Positions 1-10,770 of a stretch of 64,000 nt of DNA are shown here, in pieces. Both the position numbers and the translations under genes were made by a program. Origin of the DNA: Alphaproteobacteria bacterium (lineage in GTDB: Bacteria; Pseudomonadota; Alphaproteobacteria; UBA7887); the NCBI GenBank assembly GCA_965216755.1, contig CBDCGL010000011.1, positions 672,001 through 736,000 of the forward strand, written 5' to 3'. Within the stretch, counting starts at the first letter, position 1; each line of letters starts with the position of its first letter. The notes under the pieces are model-generated. The model saw only the letters and a list, made by a program, of their open reading frames with translations. It did not search any database and was not told where the DNA came from.

Positions 1-314
1 CGGATCACTTGAATTTGGCTCTCGACCGTTTCGCGATCACCGGTCAGCCCAGGCAGCACGTCTTCGATTTGTCCGATTTGTGCCAAGCGAGATTCGATCA
101 TCACCTTGGACGATGCAATGTAGTACGGCTCAAGACTGTACACATAAGCGGCACCGCAAACCGTGCCAATTGCGGCGATGATCACGATCAAGAACTTTCG
201 CCGCCACACACGGCGCACGAGATCACGTATGTCTGTCTCGCCCGGGGCACGCAATTGTTCGCCCAACCGACGCTGTGGTGTCACTTTCAGATCGTCTGCC
301 CTGCGATTTAGCAT
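1..314 (-). CDS. Polysaccharide chain-length determinant / Wzc-ExoP-GumC family protein, N-terminus (runs off window start)
   Basis: Not in the ORF track. Manual translation from ATG 314: MLNRRADDLK...DIRDLVRRVWRRKFLIVIIAAIGTVCGAAYVYSLEPYYIASSKVMIE...ETVESQIQVIR, matching the Wzz-type N-terminus (WRRK + TM + PxYxAxxxVxI, ESQIxVI). Confidence 0.85.
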   Translation of the reverse strand, partial: MLNRRADDLKVTPQRRLGEQLRAPGETDIRDLVRRVWRRKFLIVIIAAIGTVCGAAYVYSLEPYYIASSKVMIESRLAQIGQIEDVLPGLTGDRETVESQIQVI

Positions 315-422
315 GGTTCACACGTGAAACGCGCTAACGATCGCAAGGCCGTGTCGCCAAATTTGGCAGACTCCGGCCGGTGATTTCGCATTTTGCGTTT
401 CCATCTTGCCACGGCGTTCACC

Positions 423-2024
423 TCAGTAGCGCAGCACAAGCGAGACGGAGAGCACGTTCTGGTCGAATTCGACCGTGTCTACGTCCGAAAATCGATTGCG
501 GTACTGATATGAGGCACTGATATTGATATTTCGATTGACCATATATCGCGCCGATACGCCGGCTCCGAGCGTATTATCGGTCCGACCGACACCTCGGAAA
601 TCTACGCGATCTAGGCTGACCTTGCCGCCCAGAAGCAAGTTGCGCAACAGCTCGTGATCAACCCTGATTGCGCCCGCGGTCGATAGGGTTCCAGAAGATC
701 CCGTAACCGTGGTTTCTTCGATGGTGTTGGTGAGCGTGCCGACCACAGTGGTCAATGCCGTCGGGTTCCAGGTTAAGTCTGCACCGGCGGTAAAGCCGCT
801 ATTGTCCGCGAGTCTCCGATCGTCGTAGCTGCGTTGCTGGTAGCCGACGAAAAAGTCGCCAAACGTGATTCCGCCGAAGTCGATCCGGATACCGGCGACG
901 CCTGAGACGCCGTCTGAGTCACGATTTATGCCTCCGTCGTCGAACTGATCATCGTAGTCGCGGATACTGTAGGTCCCACGCACGAATGCTTCATATCCGG
1001 GTACGATCTCATATCCGAGGCGGCCAGAACCGGCATATTCGGTGCGGTCGCGGTCATCATTGTTGATCAGGGTGCGCGCGCCCCCAACAATCGCCACCGC
1101 GTCGTCATAGTCGTGCTGTTGGGCATTACCGGTAACTTGAACCCGAAAACGACCGAGTGTCTGTCGCATGTCGAGATTGGCCGCCAGGATATCGATTTCA
1201 GTCGGCTCGCTACCGCCCACATCATCGGGGCTAAACCGTTGCTCATGCGCATTTCTGTAACTTGCGCCAGCGCTCACGATCGTATTTCGCGTGACTTCTA
1301 ACTCGCCGTTGCTGCCGACTTCGTAGTCCTGAAAATCCTCGTCGCCGCGATCCAGATGAATACCGATGTCCCCGTTGGCGTATAGCGACAGTGCATGCCG
1401 CGACCAATCCGATTGCAGCCTGGCGGCCGGAAGGATCCGCGTAATTAGATCATCGATGCCCGAATTGTTCGCAAAGACGTTGTCGTTGTATTGTTCGCGC
1501 ACCGTGACTTGCGGAAAAAACCGGAATGCGCCAAGCCGCGCTCCGAGCGGGTCGAGTTCGGGACGTGGCCGGGTAAGCACGGTTTGCCCGCGCGGCGTCG
1601 CTTGCTCCGCCGTCGGGCGCGCTTGCGCGACCTCGATGCGGGCGCCAGCGCTGGTCGAGCCGGCATTCAACCCGGTCATCGGCGTCGTTGCGTGCGCCAT
1701 CACGGCATCGGTCCGACGCGGTGTCGGAATGTCCAAACGCGGTGCGACGAGTAGCGGACCGCGTACGGCGGCAGCCAGTGTTGGGGAGGTTGTGGCCTGC
1801 GGGGCTGCATCCACCGCACGTGTTCCCGGAACCGGTTCCACCAAGCGCGCGGCGGGGATGGCCGTGACCAGCGAAGCGGCCGCGCCACAATCGCTATACG
1901 TGCACGGATCAAGTTTGGTTCCGGCATATGCTGCGTTGACTATCAATGTGCCGACTAGAGCCGCCACATATATCGCAGCGGTCATCATGTTCATCTTGCT
2001 AAGCAAGTTTGCTTTTTTGTCCAA
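423..2024 (-). CDS. EPS-associated outer-membrane beta-barrel protein (BBP2/VpsM-like); start uncertain
   Basis: Signal-like hydrophobic N-terminus, Pro/Ala/Thr-rich linker, YNDNVFA motif, alternating beta-strands, terminal aromatic (SLVLRY); directly upstream of the Wzc-like gene. Confidence 0.8.
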   Translation of the reverse strand: MDKKANLLSKMNMMTAAIYVAALVGTLIVNAAYAGTKLDPCTYSDCGAAASLVTAIPAARLVEPVPGTRAVDAAPQATTSPTLAAAVRGPLLVAPRLDIPTPRRTDAVMAHATTPMTGLNAGSTSAGARIEVAQARPTAEQATPRGQTVLTRPRPELDPLGARLGAFRFFPQVTVREQYNDNVFANNSGIDDLITRILPAARLQSDWSRHALSLYANGDIGIHLDRGDEDFQDYEVGSNGELEVTRNTIVSAGASYRNAHEQRFSPDDVGGSEPTEIDILAANLDMRQTLGRFRVQVTGNAQQHDYDDAVAIVGGARTLINNDDRDRTEYAGSGRLGYEIVPGYEAFVRGTYSIRDYDDQFDDGGINRDSDGVSGVAGIRIDFGGITFGDFFVGYQQRSYDDRRLADNSGFTAGADLTWNPTALTTVVGTLTNTIEETTVTGSSGTLSTAGAIRVDHELLRNLLLGGKVSLDRVDFRGVGRTDNTLGAGVSARYMVNRNINISASYQYRNRFSDVDTVEFDQNVLSVSLVLRY

Positions 2025-2643
2025 TGCTCTGGGCCCAGGCTTGCGTTACGTCAAGTGGATCGATCTGCGAAGATCAGGTTCTTTGAGAATCACATATGTA
2101 AGCCTGGAGCTCGCCGCAAGTTGCGGTTGAGCGATGCGAGGGGTGATCTTCACCAGGCCACGCGCCAGGGCGTCGGTCGTCGTCGCTCGCATTGCACCTC
2201 CGCCACATTTAAAAGGATACCAGGAATTTACGAAAATTAAACGAAAAACCACCGTAACTACGGCGACATCTAAAGCTGAATTTAGAGATATTTATGGCAT
2301 CATTGTGACGTAGGCCGTGATGTTTGTCCTCAAAACGGCCCATCGGCCACATGCGTTGCTCTCGATGGCGCCGCAACCTGGCAGGGTGTGACATTCCGTA
2401 CATGCGAATGTGGGTCATTCTGACCGCGATAACTCGCTTTGGCTTTGTGATCCTTATGCACGCTTTCGCGCACGGCCGCAGTCTGGCGACTGTGCCTTAA
2501 TTTATTGATAAGAACGATTTTTCATAGGATGTATCGGGTCGATGAATATATTGCATTGGCGCGTCGTCGGGGCTCGCCAAGGACGCCCCGCGGGCCGGCC
2601 GCGGTGTTTGGGCACACGGCCAGCCCGGGGCGGTAGGATACTG

Positions 2644-4047
2644 CTATGGCCAGCTGCGATCGCGCGTCAGCTCGTCCTTGACATCTGCTACCGCGCGCGC
2701 AACGCGGGCGACGGCTTCGTCAATCTCGGCGTTCGAGATCACCAATGGTGGTGAGAATGCGAGTGCTTCGCCATTTGGAAGTGCGCGGCTAACAACGCCA
2801 TGGCGTAAACAAGCCGCGGCGGCCCGTGCGGCAACCTTGAGACTCGGATCGAATGGCGTCTTTTGCTGACGGTCTTTGACCAGCTCGACGGCGGCAATCA
2901 AGCCGACACCACGCACTTCCCCAACCAGCTCGTCGTCAGCGAATGTCGCACGAAGCTTGTCCTGCATATGGCTGCCGGCCCGCGCGGCCCTGGTGACCAA
3001 ATCGTCGCCTTCATACAGGTCGATCGTGGCCATTGCCGCCGCCGCCGCCAGTGGGTGCGCGGTGTAGGTATAGCCATGGCCAAACGCACCCAGGGATTTC
3101 GACCCTTCCAAAATAACATCCCAAATTTCCTCGGAAATCATGCTGACAGACAGTGGCACATAACCGCTCGTGACCCCCTTCGCCATGGTGACCATATCGG
3201 GCTGGATGCCGAAATACTCACAGCCAAACCAGGTCCCCAGCCGTCCAAAGCCGCAGATGACTTCGTCGGCAATCAGAAGGACGTCATGCTTCTTCAACAC
3301 CGACTGTATTTCCTGGAAATAACTTTCCGGCGGCACGATGACGCCGCCGGCGCCCATGATCGGTTCGGCGATAAATGCAGCCACGGTGTCTGGACCCTCG
3401 CGCACGATCAGGTCGTCGATTTCCTGCGCGAGCCGCTTCGAAAACTCGACCTCGGATTCCCCGGGTTCCGCATTCCAAAAATGGTGCGGTGTTGACACGT
3501 GGAAAATGCGATCGATCGGCAGGTCGAATGCCTTGTGAAGAAGCGGCAATCCGGTAAGGCTGGCGGCCGCAACGGTTACGCCATGATAGGCACGCTTGCG
3601 CGCTATGATTTTCTTCTTCTCAGGTTTCCCACGTAAATTATTGAAATACCACATAAGTTTGACATGCGTATCGTTCGCATCAGAGCCTGACATGCCAAAG
3701 AATGCTTTGCTCATGGGGCCTGGTGCAAGTGTTGTCAGACGATCGGCGAGACGGATCGCAGGTTCTGTCGCCATTGATCCGAACCCGTGGTAGTAGGCAA
3801 GCTTGCGCGCTTGTTCCGAGATGGCATCGGCGATCTCAGTTCGTCCATAGCCGACATTCACGCACCACAGGCCGGCCATCATGTCTATATAGGTCTTGCC
3901 GTCGATGTCGGTCAGATTGACACCCTTGCCCTCGGCAATGATGCGTGGGCCATTCGCCATATGATCGGCAAGTGGGGTAAACGGGTGCAACAGGGATTGT
4001 TTGTCCATGTCCGCGAGCGACATGTTCGCACGATCAAGCGGCGTCAT
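2644..4047 (-). CDS. Class III PLP-dependent aminotransferase (omega-amine/polyamine type)
   Basis: GLWCVNVGYGR, AYHG, FIAEP, IADEVICGFGRLG, MAKGVTSGY (PLP Lys), HGYTY; GGAG RBS. Confidence 0.93.
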   Translation of the reverse strand: MTPLDRANMSLADMDKQSLLHPFTPLADHMANGPRIIAEGKGVNLTDIDGKTYIDMMAGLWCVNVGYGRTEIADAISEQARKLAYYHGFGSMATEPAIRLADRLTTLAPGPMSKAFFGMSGSDANDTHVKLMWYFNNLRGKPEKKKIIARKRAYHGVTVAAASLTGLPLLHKAFDLPIDRIFHVSTPHHFWNAEPGESEVEFSKRLAQEIDDLIVREGPDTVAAFIAEPIMGAGGVIVPPESYFQEIQSVLKKHDVLLIADEVICGFGRLGTWFGCEYFGIQPDMVTMAKGVTSGYVPLSVSMISEEIWDVILEGSKSLGAFGHGYTYTAHPLAAAAAMATIDLYEGDDLVTRAARAGSHMQDKLRATFADDELVGEVRGVGLIAAVELVKDRQQKTPFDPSLKVAARAAAACLRHGVVSRALPNGEALAFSPPLVISNAEIDEAVARVARAVADVKDELTRDRSWP

Positions 4048-4313
4048 GGCTGGTCTCCATATGAGCTGTGCGTGGTGGCGTGATGCGAAATGCTTGGCAT
4101 AAATTCCGCGATCATGGTTTGGCCGTCAAGTCCGCGTCGTTGGTGTGTCATCATTGTTTCGTGGTGTTCCACCGCTGGGCGCGCAGCCAACCACAAACGC
4201 CCGGGCGCGCTTCGAGCAACTCGTGTAGAAAATTGGGATATCTCGTTATCGTATTGATAAAATGAAATAATCTCTCTGAAAGCCGGGTGGGCGCAGTGGC
4301 GGCCGATGTTTGA

Positions 4314-4667
4314 GTGGGAATAGCGATCATTGGAGTTGGGCGCAAGAATGGGAACTCGGCGCGGCTTATGGCAATAAGCATCGCGTCATTGTCGGTATCG
4401 CGTGAGGCGCAGGAACGGGCAAACCTCTGGGATGAAAGCCTAGGGATTGCATATTGCGCACGTATGACCCGCGCAATGGCCATGCACGTCTCTTACCCTT
4501 TCGAGTGGGTCGACCAAACCACGGTAGACAATTGTTTCGCACAGGGCCATGAGGAAGGCCTGGACGAGGGTAAAATGCGCGACATCATGTATCGGTCGCT
4601 GGGTGAATTCAGCAAGCCACCCGCGTATCAGAACTATGATCCGCGCACATTTCGCAAGTCGGAATGA
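4314..4667 (+). CDS. Hypothetical protein
   Basis: Protein-like composition; ends ~20 nt before the SGNH hydrolase start; no recognisable motif; start uncertain. Confidence 0.4.
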   Translation: MGIAIIGVGRKNGNSARLMAISIASLSVSREAQERANLWDESLGIAYCARMTRAMAMHVSYPFEWVDQTTVDNCFAQGHEEGLDEGKMRDIMYRSLGEFSKPPAYQNYDPRTFRKSE

Positions 4668-4686
4668 GCGGACAGTGAGGTGCGGT

Positions 4687-5331
4687 GTGGAACAGATCCT
4701 TGTTTATGGCGACTCGTTGACCTGGGGGATCATCCCCGAAACGCGTTGCCGTTTGCCGTTCGCCGAACGTTGGCCCGGCGTATTAGAGCGATGTCTCCGT
4801 GACCAAGGTCATGACGCGCGTGTGATTGAAGACTGTCTGAATGGCCGCCGCACGGTATGGGCGGATCCGTTCAAGCCGGGCCGCGCGGGCGTGCAGGGGT
4901 TGGAACAGCGGATTGAGGTCAATTCACCTCTGGCTTTGGTCGCGGTCATGCTCGGCACCAACGATTTTCAGGCAACCCACGACATTGGCGTGTCGCTTTC
5001 AGCACAGGGCATAGCGGCGATCGTGCATGCTATTCGCCACGCGCCAGTCGAACCGGGTATGCCGCAACCGGATATCCTGATTATCGCGCCGCCGGAGTTG
5101 CAGACACCGAAGGGCGCAATCGCGGCAAAGTTTCAGGGTGCTGAGCGCCGGTGCCTTGGCCTGGCGGCAGCCTATCAACGCGTTGCCGCAGAGCTCGACT
5201 GCAGCTTCTTCGACGCGGGACGCGTGACAACAACCAGCAAGGTTGATGGCGTCCATCTTGATGCGGATCAGCATCTCACTTTGGGGCGGGCATTATGCGA
5301 TGTGGTTTACCCGCTACTAACCGCATCGTAG
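4687..5331 (+). CDS. SGNH/GDSL hydrolase (arylesterase-like)
   Basis: YGDSLTWG block I, LNGRRT, MLGTND, DGVH; GTG start after GAGG. Confidence 0.92.
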   Translation: MEQILVYGDSLTWGIIPETRCRLPFAERWPGVLERCLRDQGHDARVIEDCLNGRRTVWADPFKPGRAGVQGLEQRIEVNSPLALVAVMLGTNDFQATHDIGVSLSAQGIAAIVHAIRHAPVEPGMPQPDILIIAPPELQTPKGAIAAKFQGAERRCLGLAAAYQRVAAELDCSFFDAGRVTTTSKVDGVHLDADQHLTLGRALCDVVYPLLTAS

Positions 5332-5482
5332 CAAGCGATGGTTGATGCCATTGTATATATTTGTTTATTAATAATGTCATATCATCGTTTCTTAATATAA
5401 TAGGTAAAGGTACGCTACGAAAATCGTGCCGCGTGCGAGCGCTTGCCGATGGGGCTATTTGTGTCCGGCAGATGCGCGGGCG

Positions 5483-6715
5483 CTAGCGCCGTGCCGCCAA
5501 TTTCTCGGCCGGTTCTTCGGCGGGCGATGCCGGCACGGCATGCCGTTGCGACAGATCCTGCATGGCCGCCCGAATCTCCAGAAGAAAGCTAAGCGGCGTA
5601 ATCATGAACGCGGATCGTACAAAGAGTTCAAGGAATAATAGGCCTGGCAGCCACGTTGAGCTCGCAAACCCGGGATCGTAGACGAAATGGAACGCAATCA
5701 AGATGAGCGCTGATCCGAGCCAAGATGCCGCCAAGACGAATGGACTGATACTCGTGGATCGGCGCCAAGCGTCACCCGGTCTGGCGTGTGTGTTCGAGAA
5801 TGTCAGGGCACGATAGACCTCGCCGAAACCCATCCATGGTACGACAAGGTTGAGCGGTGGCACGACGGTCGACAGCACGGTCCATCGATACCGCCAACCG
5901 AACCCCGTGATGCCCATGGCCGAAGCCATGATGCGGGCTTGGTAGACGGCAAAAACGAAGACCATGAAGGCGCAGAGCGGAGCAAAGAGTCCTGCGATGG
6001 TGCCGGGGTCCAGCGGGCCAATGCGCCACATAGCCGATCTCAGCTGGCCCCATCCAAAGGCGGCCAACGACACCCAGCCATTCTCACCCGCCCGTAGCTC
6101 CACGGCCATGGCCAGCAGACAGACAACCGGCAGAGCAAAGAAAAAAGCACACAGCGCAAAAGATACGTCGAAGGCGATGAGTTCCCTTTCAATCGCCGCA
6201 GGGAATTCCATTGCCTTTGTAGGACTTTGCGTCGCGCTCGGTTTGGACGACGGCGTTCTCGAGGCGTCAAACTTGTCGACTGTGGTACGCCGAGGCGCCG
6301 CGCGTTGATAGGCTTCAAACTCCGCCAAATTGAACGGCACGCCGAACACCGTCATTTGTTTGGCGCTCCGCTCATTGTCCGGCCCGGCCTGACCCTGGGT
6401 CAATGCGGAATAGTCTGGCGATTGATCGCCCGTCTGGGTGTCGACATTGCCGCTGGCCGCGAAATTCTGAAAACCGGACGCGCGGCGCCATCGGGCTGCG
6501 CCGCTTGGCCGCACCCACGTGGTTTCGATGATCTCGCCCTCGGCCACCGCTGCCTCGAATTCGGTGCCTGAGTGCAGCTGCCGCTCGCGCCCATCGGGTC
6601 CAATAAAGGTCAAAAAGTCCGGTGTGCGGTCAGCAGCCGGCCCCAAGACAATCTTACGCACGATACCCTTCGTTTCATCCGCCGCTGCAGTGTTCCGTGG
6701 CACGAATTGCCGCAC
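5483..6715 (-). CDS. Membrane protein with GYF_2-like N-domain and DUF4328-like C-domain
   Basis: EFEAAVAEGEIIETTWVRPSGAARWRRA resembles GYF_2; WTVLSTVVPPLNLVVPWMGFGEVYRA resembles DUF4328; several TM segments. Confidence 0.6.
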   Translation of the reverse strand: MRQFVPRNTAAADETKGIVRKIVLGPAADRTPDFLTFIGPDGRERQLHSGTEFEAAVAEGEIIETTWVRPSGAARWRRASGFQNFAASGNVDTQTGDQSPDYSALTQGQAGPDNERSAKQMTVFGVPFNLAEFEAYQRAAPRRTTVDKFDASRTPSSKPSATQSPTKAMEFPAAIERELIAFDVSFALCAFFFALPVVCLLAMAVELRAGENGWVSLAAFGWGQLRSAMWRIGPLDPGTIAGLFAPLCAFMVFVFAVYQARIMASAMGITGFGWRYRWTVLSTVVPPLNLVVPWMGFGEVYRALTFSNTHARPGDAWRRSTSISPFVLAASWLGSALILIAFHFVYDPGFASSTWLPGLLFLELFVRSAFMITPLSFLLEIRAAMQDLSQRHAVPASPAEEPAEKLAARR

Positions 6716-6946
6716 CGACCGAGAAGCAGCGCCTTATAGTCAAACCAAACGCCGGATCCAACGCATGATGCGCTCGCACTAGCGGGCGACGCCGGCTGGG
6801 CAGTCAAGTCCGGCAGCCCTGGGGGGAAGCCATTTTGCCAGATATTGCGCTGAAAAGCGCATGGATATATTGAGGTCTCTGGCCAAACATTGCCGGTTGG
6901 CTGTGGGCGGGGACTTCGCGCCGCAGCTTTTTCAGGGAAGAACGTA

Positions 6947-7732
6947 ATGAGAACAAAGGCTAACGGGATTAACATCAATTATGAGTTGGTCGGGCCAGAA
7001 GGTGCACCGACCGTTATGCTCAGCCATTCGTTGTCGGCGTCGCTGGATATGTGGTGGCCGCAGATGGCGGCGCTGTCCGCACGTTACCGCGTGCTGCGCT
7101 ATGATATGCGGGGCCATGGTGAGAGCGAAGCGATCAAGCCGCCATACACGTTGGAACATCTTGCCAGCGACGTTCGGGCCTTGTTGGCCGCGCTCGATAT
7201 TAATGACGTGCATTTTGTTGGTCTCTCAATTGGGGGCATGATCGGGCAGGTCTTAGCCACGCGCCACTCAGACGTGCTTCGCAGTGTCACGCTTTGCAAT
7301 ACAACCAGTGTGATTCCGATAGAATTGCAACCGCTTTGGGACGAACGTGTCGGTATCGCTGAATCGTCGGGGGTCGAGGCGCTCGCGACGCCAACTTTGG
7401 AGCGATGGTTTTCAGCCGCCTTTCATGAGCGTGCGCCCGCAGATGTCGCGCGCATACGAGCGGCGATTTGCGCGACCTCGGTTGACGGCTATGTCGGTTG
7501 CTGTCGCGCGATCCAAACCTTGAACGAAACTGACGCCTTAGGTGCCGTGCGCAAGCCGACACTGGTGATTGCGGGCCAGCACGATCCGAGCACGCCGCCG
7601 GCGGCATCCGAGGTAATCCGCGATCGGATTGAGGGCTCTGAACTGGTCGTCCTCGATGCGGCCCATTTGTCCAATGTTGAGCAACCCGCGGCCTTCAATG
7701 ACGCATTGCTCGCCTTTCTGGATAAGGCGTAG
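6947..7732 (+). CDS. pcaD: 3-oxoadipate enol-lactonase-like alpha/beta hydrolase
   Basis: LSHSLSASLDMW, RYDMRGHGES, GLSIGGMIG nucleophile elbow, DPSTPP, AAHLSNVEQP. Confidence 0.8.
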   Translation: MRTKANGININYELVGPEGAPTVMLSHSLSASLDMWWPQMAALSARYRVLRYDMRGHGESEAIKPPYTLEHLASDVRALLAALDINDVHFVGLSIGGMIGQVLATRHSDVLRSVTLCNTTSVIPIELQPLWDERVGIAESSGVEALATPTLERWFSAAFHERAPADVARIRAAICATSVDGYVGCCRAIQTLNETDALGAVRKPTLVIAGQHDPSTPPAASEVIRDRIEGSELVVLDAAHLSNVEQPAAFNDALLAFLDKA

Positions 7733-7742
7733 GTCGGTGAGA

Positions 7743-8036
7743 ATGCAATTCTTTCTGAACGCCCCGTTGGCCGTGGCCACGTTGATCTACTTGGCCGCAC
7801 CGGCGCATGCACAAACGGACGATGGCGAGGGCGCGGCAATACATGATCTACGTTGTGGCCGATGCCACAGCTTAGAAGAAACACAAAAATCGATAGGGTT
7901 GGGTACGGGCGATGACGTCACCGTCTTGGACAAGTGGTATCCCCATATTCGCGGTTTCTCACGCGACACGCGGGAGCGTAATCGTCTTATCACTTATTTG
8001 GAGGCATTTCTGCTGGGCCCGGCGCCCGTAAATTGA
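7743..8036 (+). CDS. Small exported monoheme c-type cytochrome
   Basis: Signal peptide ending PAHA, CGRCH heme motif, C-terminal LITYL helix; 10 nt after the pcaD stop. Confidence 0.65.
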   Translation: MQFFLNAPLAVATLIYLAAPAHAQTDDGEGAAIHDLRCGRCHSLEETQKSIGLGTGDDVTVLDKWYPHIRGFSRDTRERNRLITYLEAFLLGPAPVN

Positions 8037-8188
8037 GCCTGATTGTGGATGAAATAACCGTCCGATCGCGGTCGCATACGAGCCTTGCGTGCCACGTGGA
8101 CCTTGGTTCGTTCCCAAACGGGCCGCCCTGGCCTTGTTCAAACGATGCATGTCACTGCGTCGAAACGTCGGCCCGATCGCGCATCGAT

Positions 8189-9057
8189 CTATAAGCCTGA
8201 TAGGAACGATCTCAGATCGGCATTGAACCGTGCCGCATCCTCGATGAAGGGCGCGTGGCCCATATCGTCGTAAATGATTCGCCGGGCAACGCCGCCGCCG
8301 GTCTGGATGTGTTCCTTCACAATTTCGGTCGACCGGGGCAAGACATGCTGGTCTTTTGCACCGTGTATCAGCAGCGTCGGCACGGTGAGTTTTTTGCAAG
8401 GTCGTCGTATGGTCCTGTGGTCCCCCGATCGTGAATCGGTCCACCACCATCGCGCGACGCTCATACGGGTGCGTTTGCAGAGTGTAACCGAGCGCTTCGC
8501 CTGCCAATGCTTTCGGCAGCGGTGCGGCGGGAACCATGTCTAAGAAACGGACCGTTCCATCCAATTGCCGTTGATAGGTGCCGCAGGCCTTGGCGGCTTC
8601 ACAGCCATCGAGGTCGGCGCCCGGTGGCCCCGCCGGAATTCCAGCCATGGGCCCGGTGTTCTCGACCACGCCTGGGCCCAAGCACGGGTTCGGGACCACC
8701 GGCGTCTGGCGGCCGCAGGTCGAGATTGTAGCCGGTTGCCACGAACACCAAGGCCGGCAGGTTGTCTTGACCATGCGTCTGCACGTAGTCCAGCAGCGGC
8801 AAGCCACCATAGGACCAACCAACCAGCACGACATCCCTGAGGTTCTTTGCGATCATGACTGCCGCGCTCTGTGAAAACCCATGAACAAACAAAATAGCGG
8901 GCCCCGCGGTTTCGCCGCTCTCGATCACGGAGAGCGTTAGGCCATCGGCTGTTTCAACAAGTGAAGGGCGAAGTCCATTCAAACGCTCAGCGTGGGCGGT
9001 CGCGCTCAATACCACAAGGAATATGGCGAGTAAGGCCGCCATGTTTGCGTGGTTCAT
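8189..9057 (-). pseudogene. Disrupted exported alpha/beta hydrolase (non-heme haloperoxidase/arylesterase-like)
   Basis: HGFSQS, GWSYGG, PTLLIHGAKD and GHAPFIE motifs lie in three frames; +1 shifts near 8675 (GGGCCC) and 8390-8395 (T6); apparent in-frame deletion near 8860. Confidence 0.8.
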
Positions 9058-9149
9058 CTATCGTCTCCCGACGCGGAAGTTCCAAGGCATATGACAGGCT
9101 ATTCCTATGAATTCGGCAATCGCTATGATTAGCGATAGAGAAGCGAGGC

Positions 9150-10151
9150 ATGATCAAAGTGAATGCACAGGAAATGAAGGATTTGGCCTTCGTGGTCCAT
9201 GAATTGGCGTAACCAGACGATTGTCCAATATTGGCACGTCGGAGGTTATCGGAACGCCTCCTATCGCTGTTCAGAGCGGATTTTCTCGGACAGACAAGAT
9301 GGAACGATGACAAGAACGCCTATGAGAAACCCCTGTGTTACAATCGTGACCAAGCAATGGATTGGAAGTATGAAGTCTACTACCAATATTGCGACCCGAT
9401 ATCGCAATCTATAAGAAACCGACAAGTTGCTACGACAACCTACGAAGTCATGACACGGGTCGAACCGGAACAAACGGAGTACTATTGTGACTTCTTGAGG
9501 CGCCATGACGTCACGCACGGTATTGATCAATATTTATACTATGATAACCCAATAATTGGTGACTTACGTATCTGGCGCCAGTCCGCCGATCATGTCTTTA
9601 CGAGGCGCGAGAAGCAGTTATTGCATGCTTTGCGTCCCATGCTCACAAACGCTTACCGTACTGTGCTAAGTGGTGATGCGTTGGAGGCCGCGGTTCGCGG
9701 TAGCGAGGTCATGGCTATCGCAATTTCAGCGGACTATCGGCGATATGAGTGCTCACCTGCGCTTATTCGCTGGATTGGCCGGCAGGTCCACGTCAATGAA
9801 CGGTCATTGAAGAACGGCGTTATGGCGGCGGTCATGCGCGGTCGCTCAGAAGTCACACACCGCCATTACCATGTTTCCATCAATTGGCGAAATGTCGCTT
9901 CTTCCTCCCAATGCGCCATGATGTGCACGGTCACGCCCATTGGCGGTACCGTTCATTCGATGCGTCTGACGCCACGGGAAAGAGACGTGGCGGCGCTGGT
10001 CGCGCGCGGCATGACAGATCGCCAGATTTCCGACCAATTGGAGATCTCATTTTGGACTGTCCGAACGCACGTGGGCGGCCTGTTGCGCAAACTCGGTGCC
10101 CGAAACCGGGTCGAAGTTGCTTACCGGATGCTGCGCGATGATCGTCTGTGA
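9150..10151 (+). pseudogene. LuxR-family HTH regulator with probable premature stop (or an intact shorter CDS from TTG 9231)
   Basis: C-terminal LTPRERDVAALVARGMTDRQISDQLEISFWTVRTHV LuxR HTH. ATG 9150 with GAGG RBS is in frame with the 9231 ORF but interrupted by TAA at 9210-9212. Confidence 0.65.
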
Positions 10152-10770
10152 GTTCCCTGTCGCGCAATTGCCGTGGGCGCTCGTCGCGACCGCACACCGG
10201 TCTCCATTCTCCGGGCCAAAATGGCCGCTGAAGCCGTTCACCAATGCTCATGTCTGTCAATGAATTGGTGTTAATCTATACAAACATATCATAAACATAG
10301 CAAGCTGGCTCCCTTTGGTGATTTCGCATGGTTTGAGAAATTTAGTCTGTCACGCGCGCGAAGTGTAAATGGGCTATTGGATAAGACGCGTTTGGCGTCT
10401 GGCGCTGCAGGGATACGCGGCAGTCTTGTAAGTTAGAGCTAAATGCAAATTGCATAGGAAGCCAGGCTGTCACAACATACAGGCATGCCTGGAGAGTAGT
10501 TGGTCATTTGTTTTTCTTAGTTACGGATAATAAACATGCAAGTTCTTTCGGACAAAACTGAAAACCATTCGAGAAATATGGTTTTCTTACTTGTCTCTAC
10601 AAGTACAATTAGTTTATTCGATACGGATATACTTAAAACGAAACTGATGTATATTCTATCGTCCGCCACAATATGGGTTTGATTATAAAGTATCATTTTC
10701 GCGCTTTTCACATGTATTTATGACCTCTTAACTTTTCTCGGTCAGAAATAGCCGGTCATCGCGCAAGTCG

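Noticed and set aside
10517-10711. 64-aa ORF in the AT-rich region
   Set aside because: No recognisable motif and atypical composition; probably non-coding promoter DNA.
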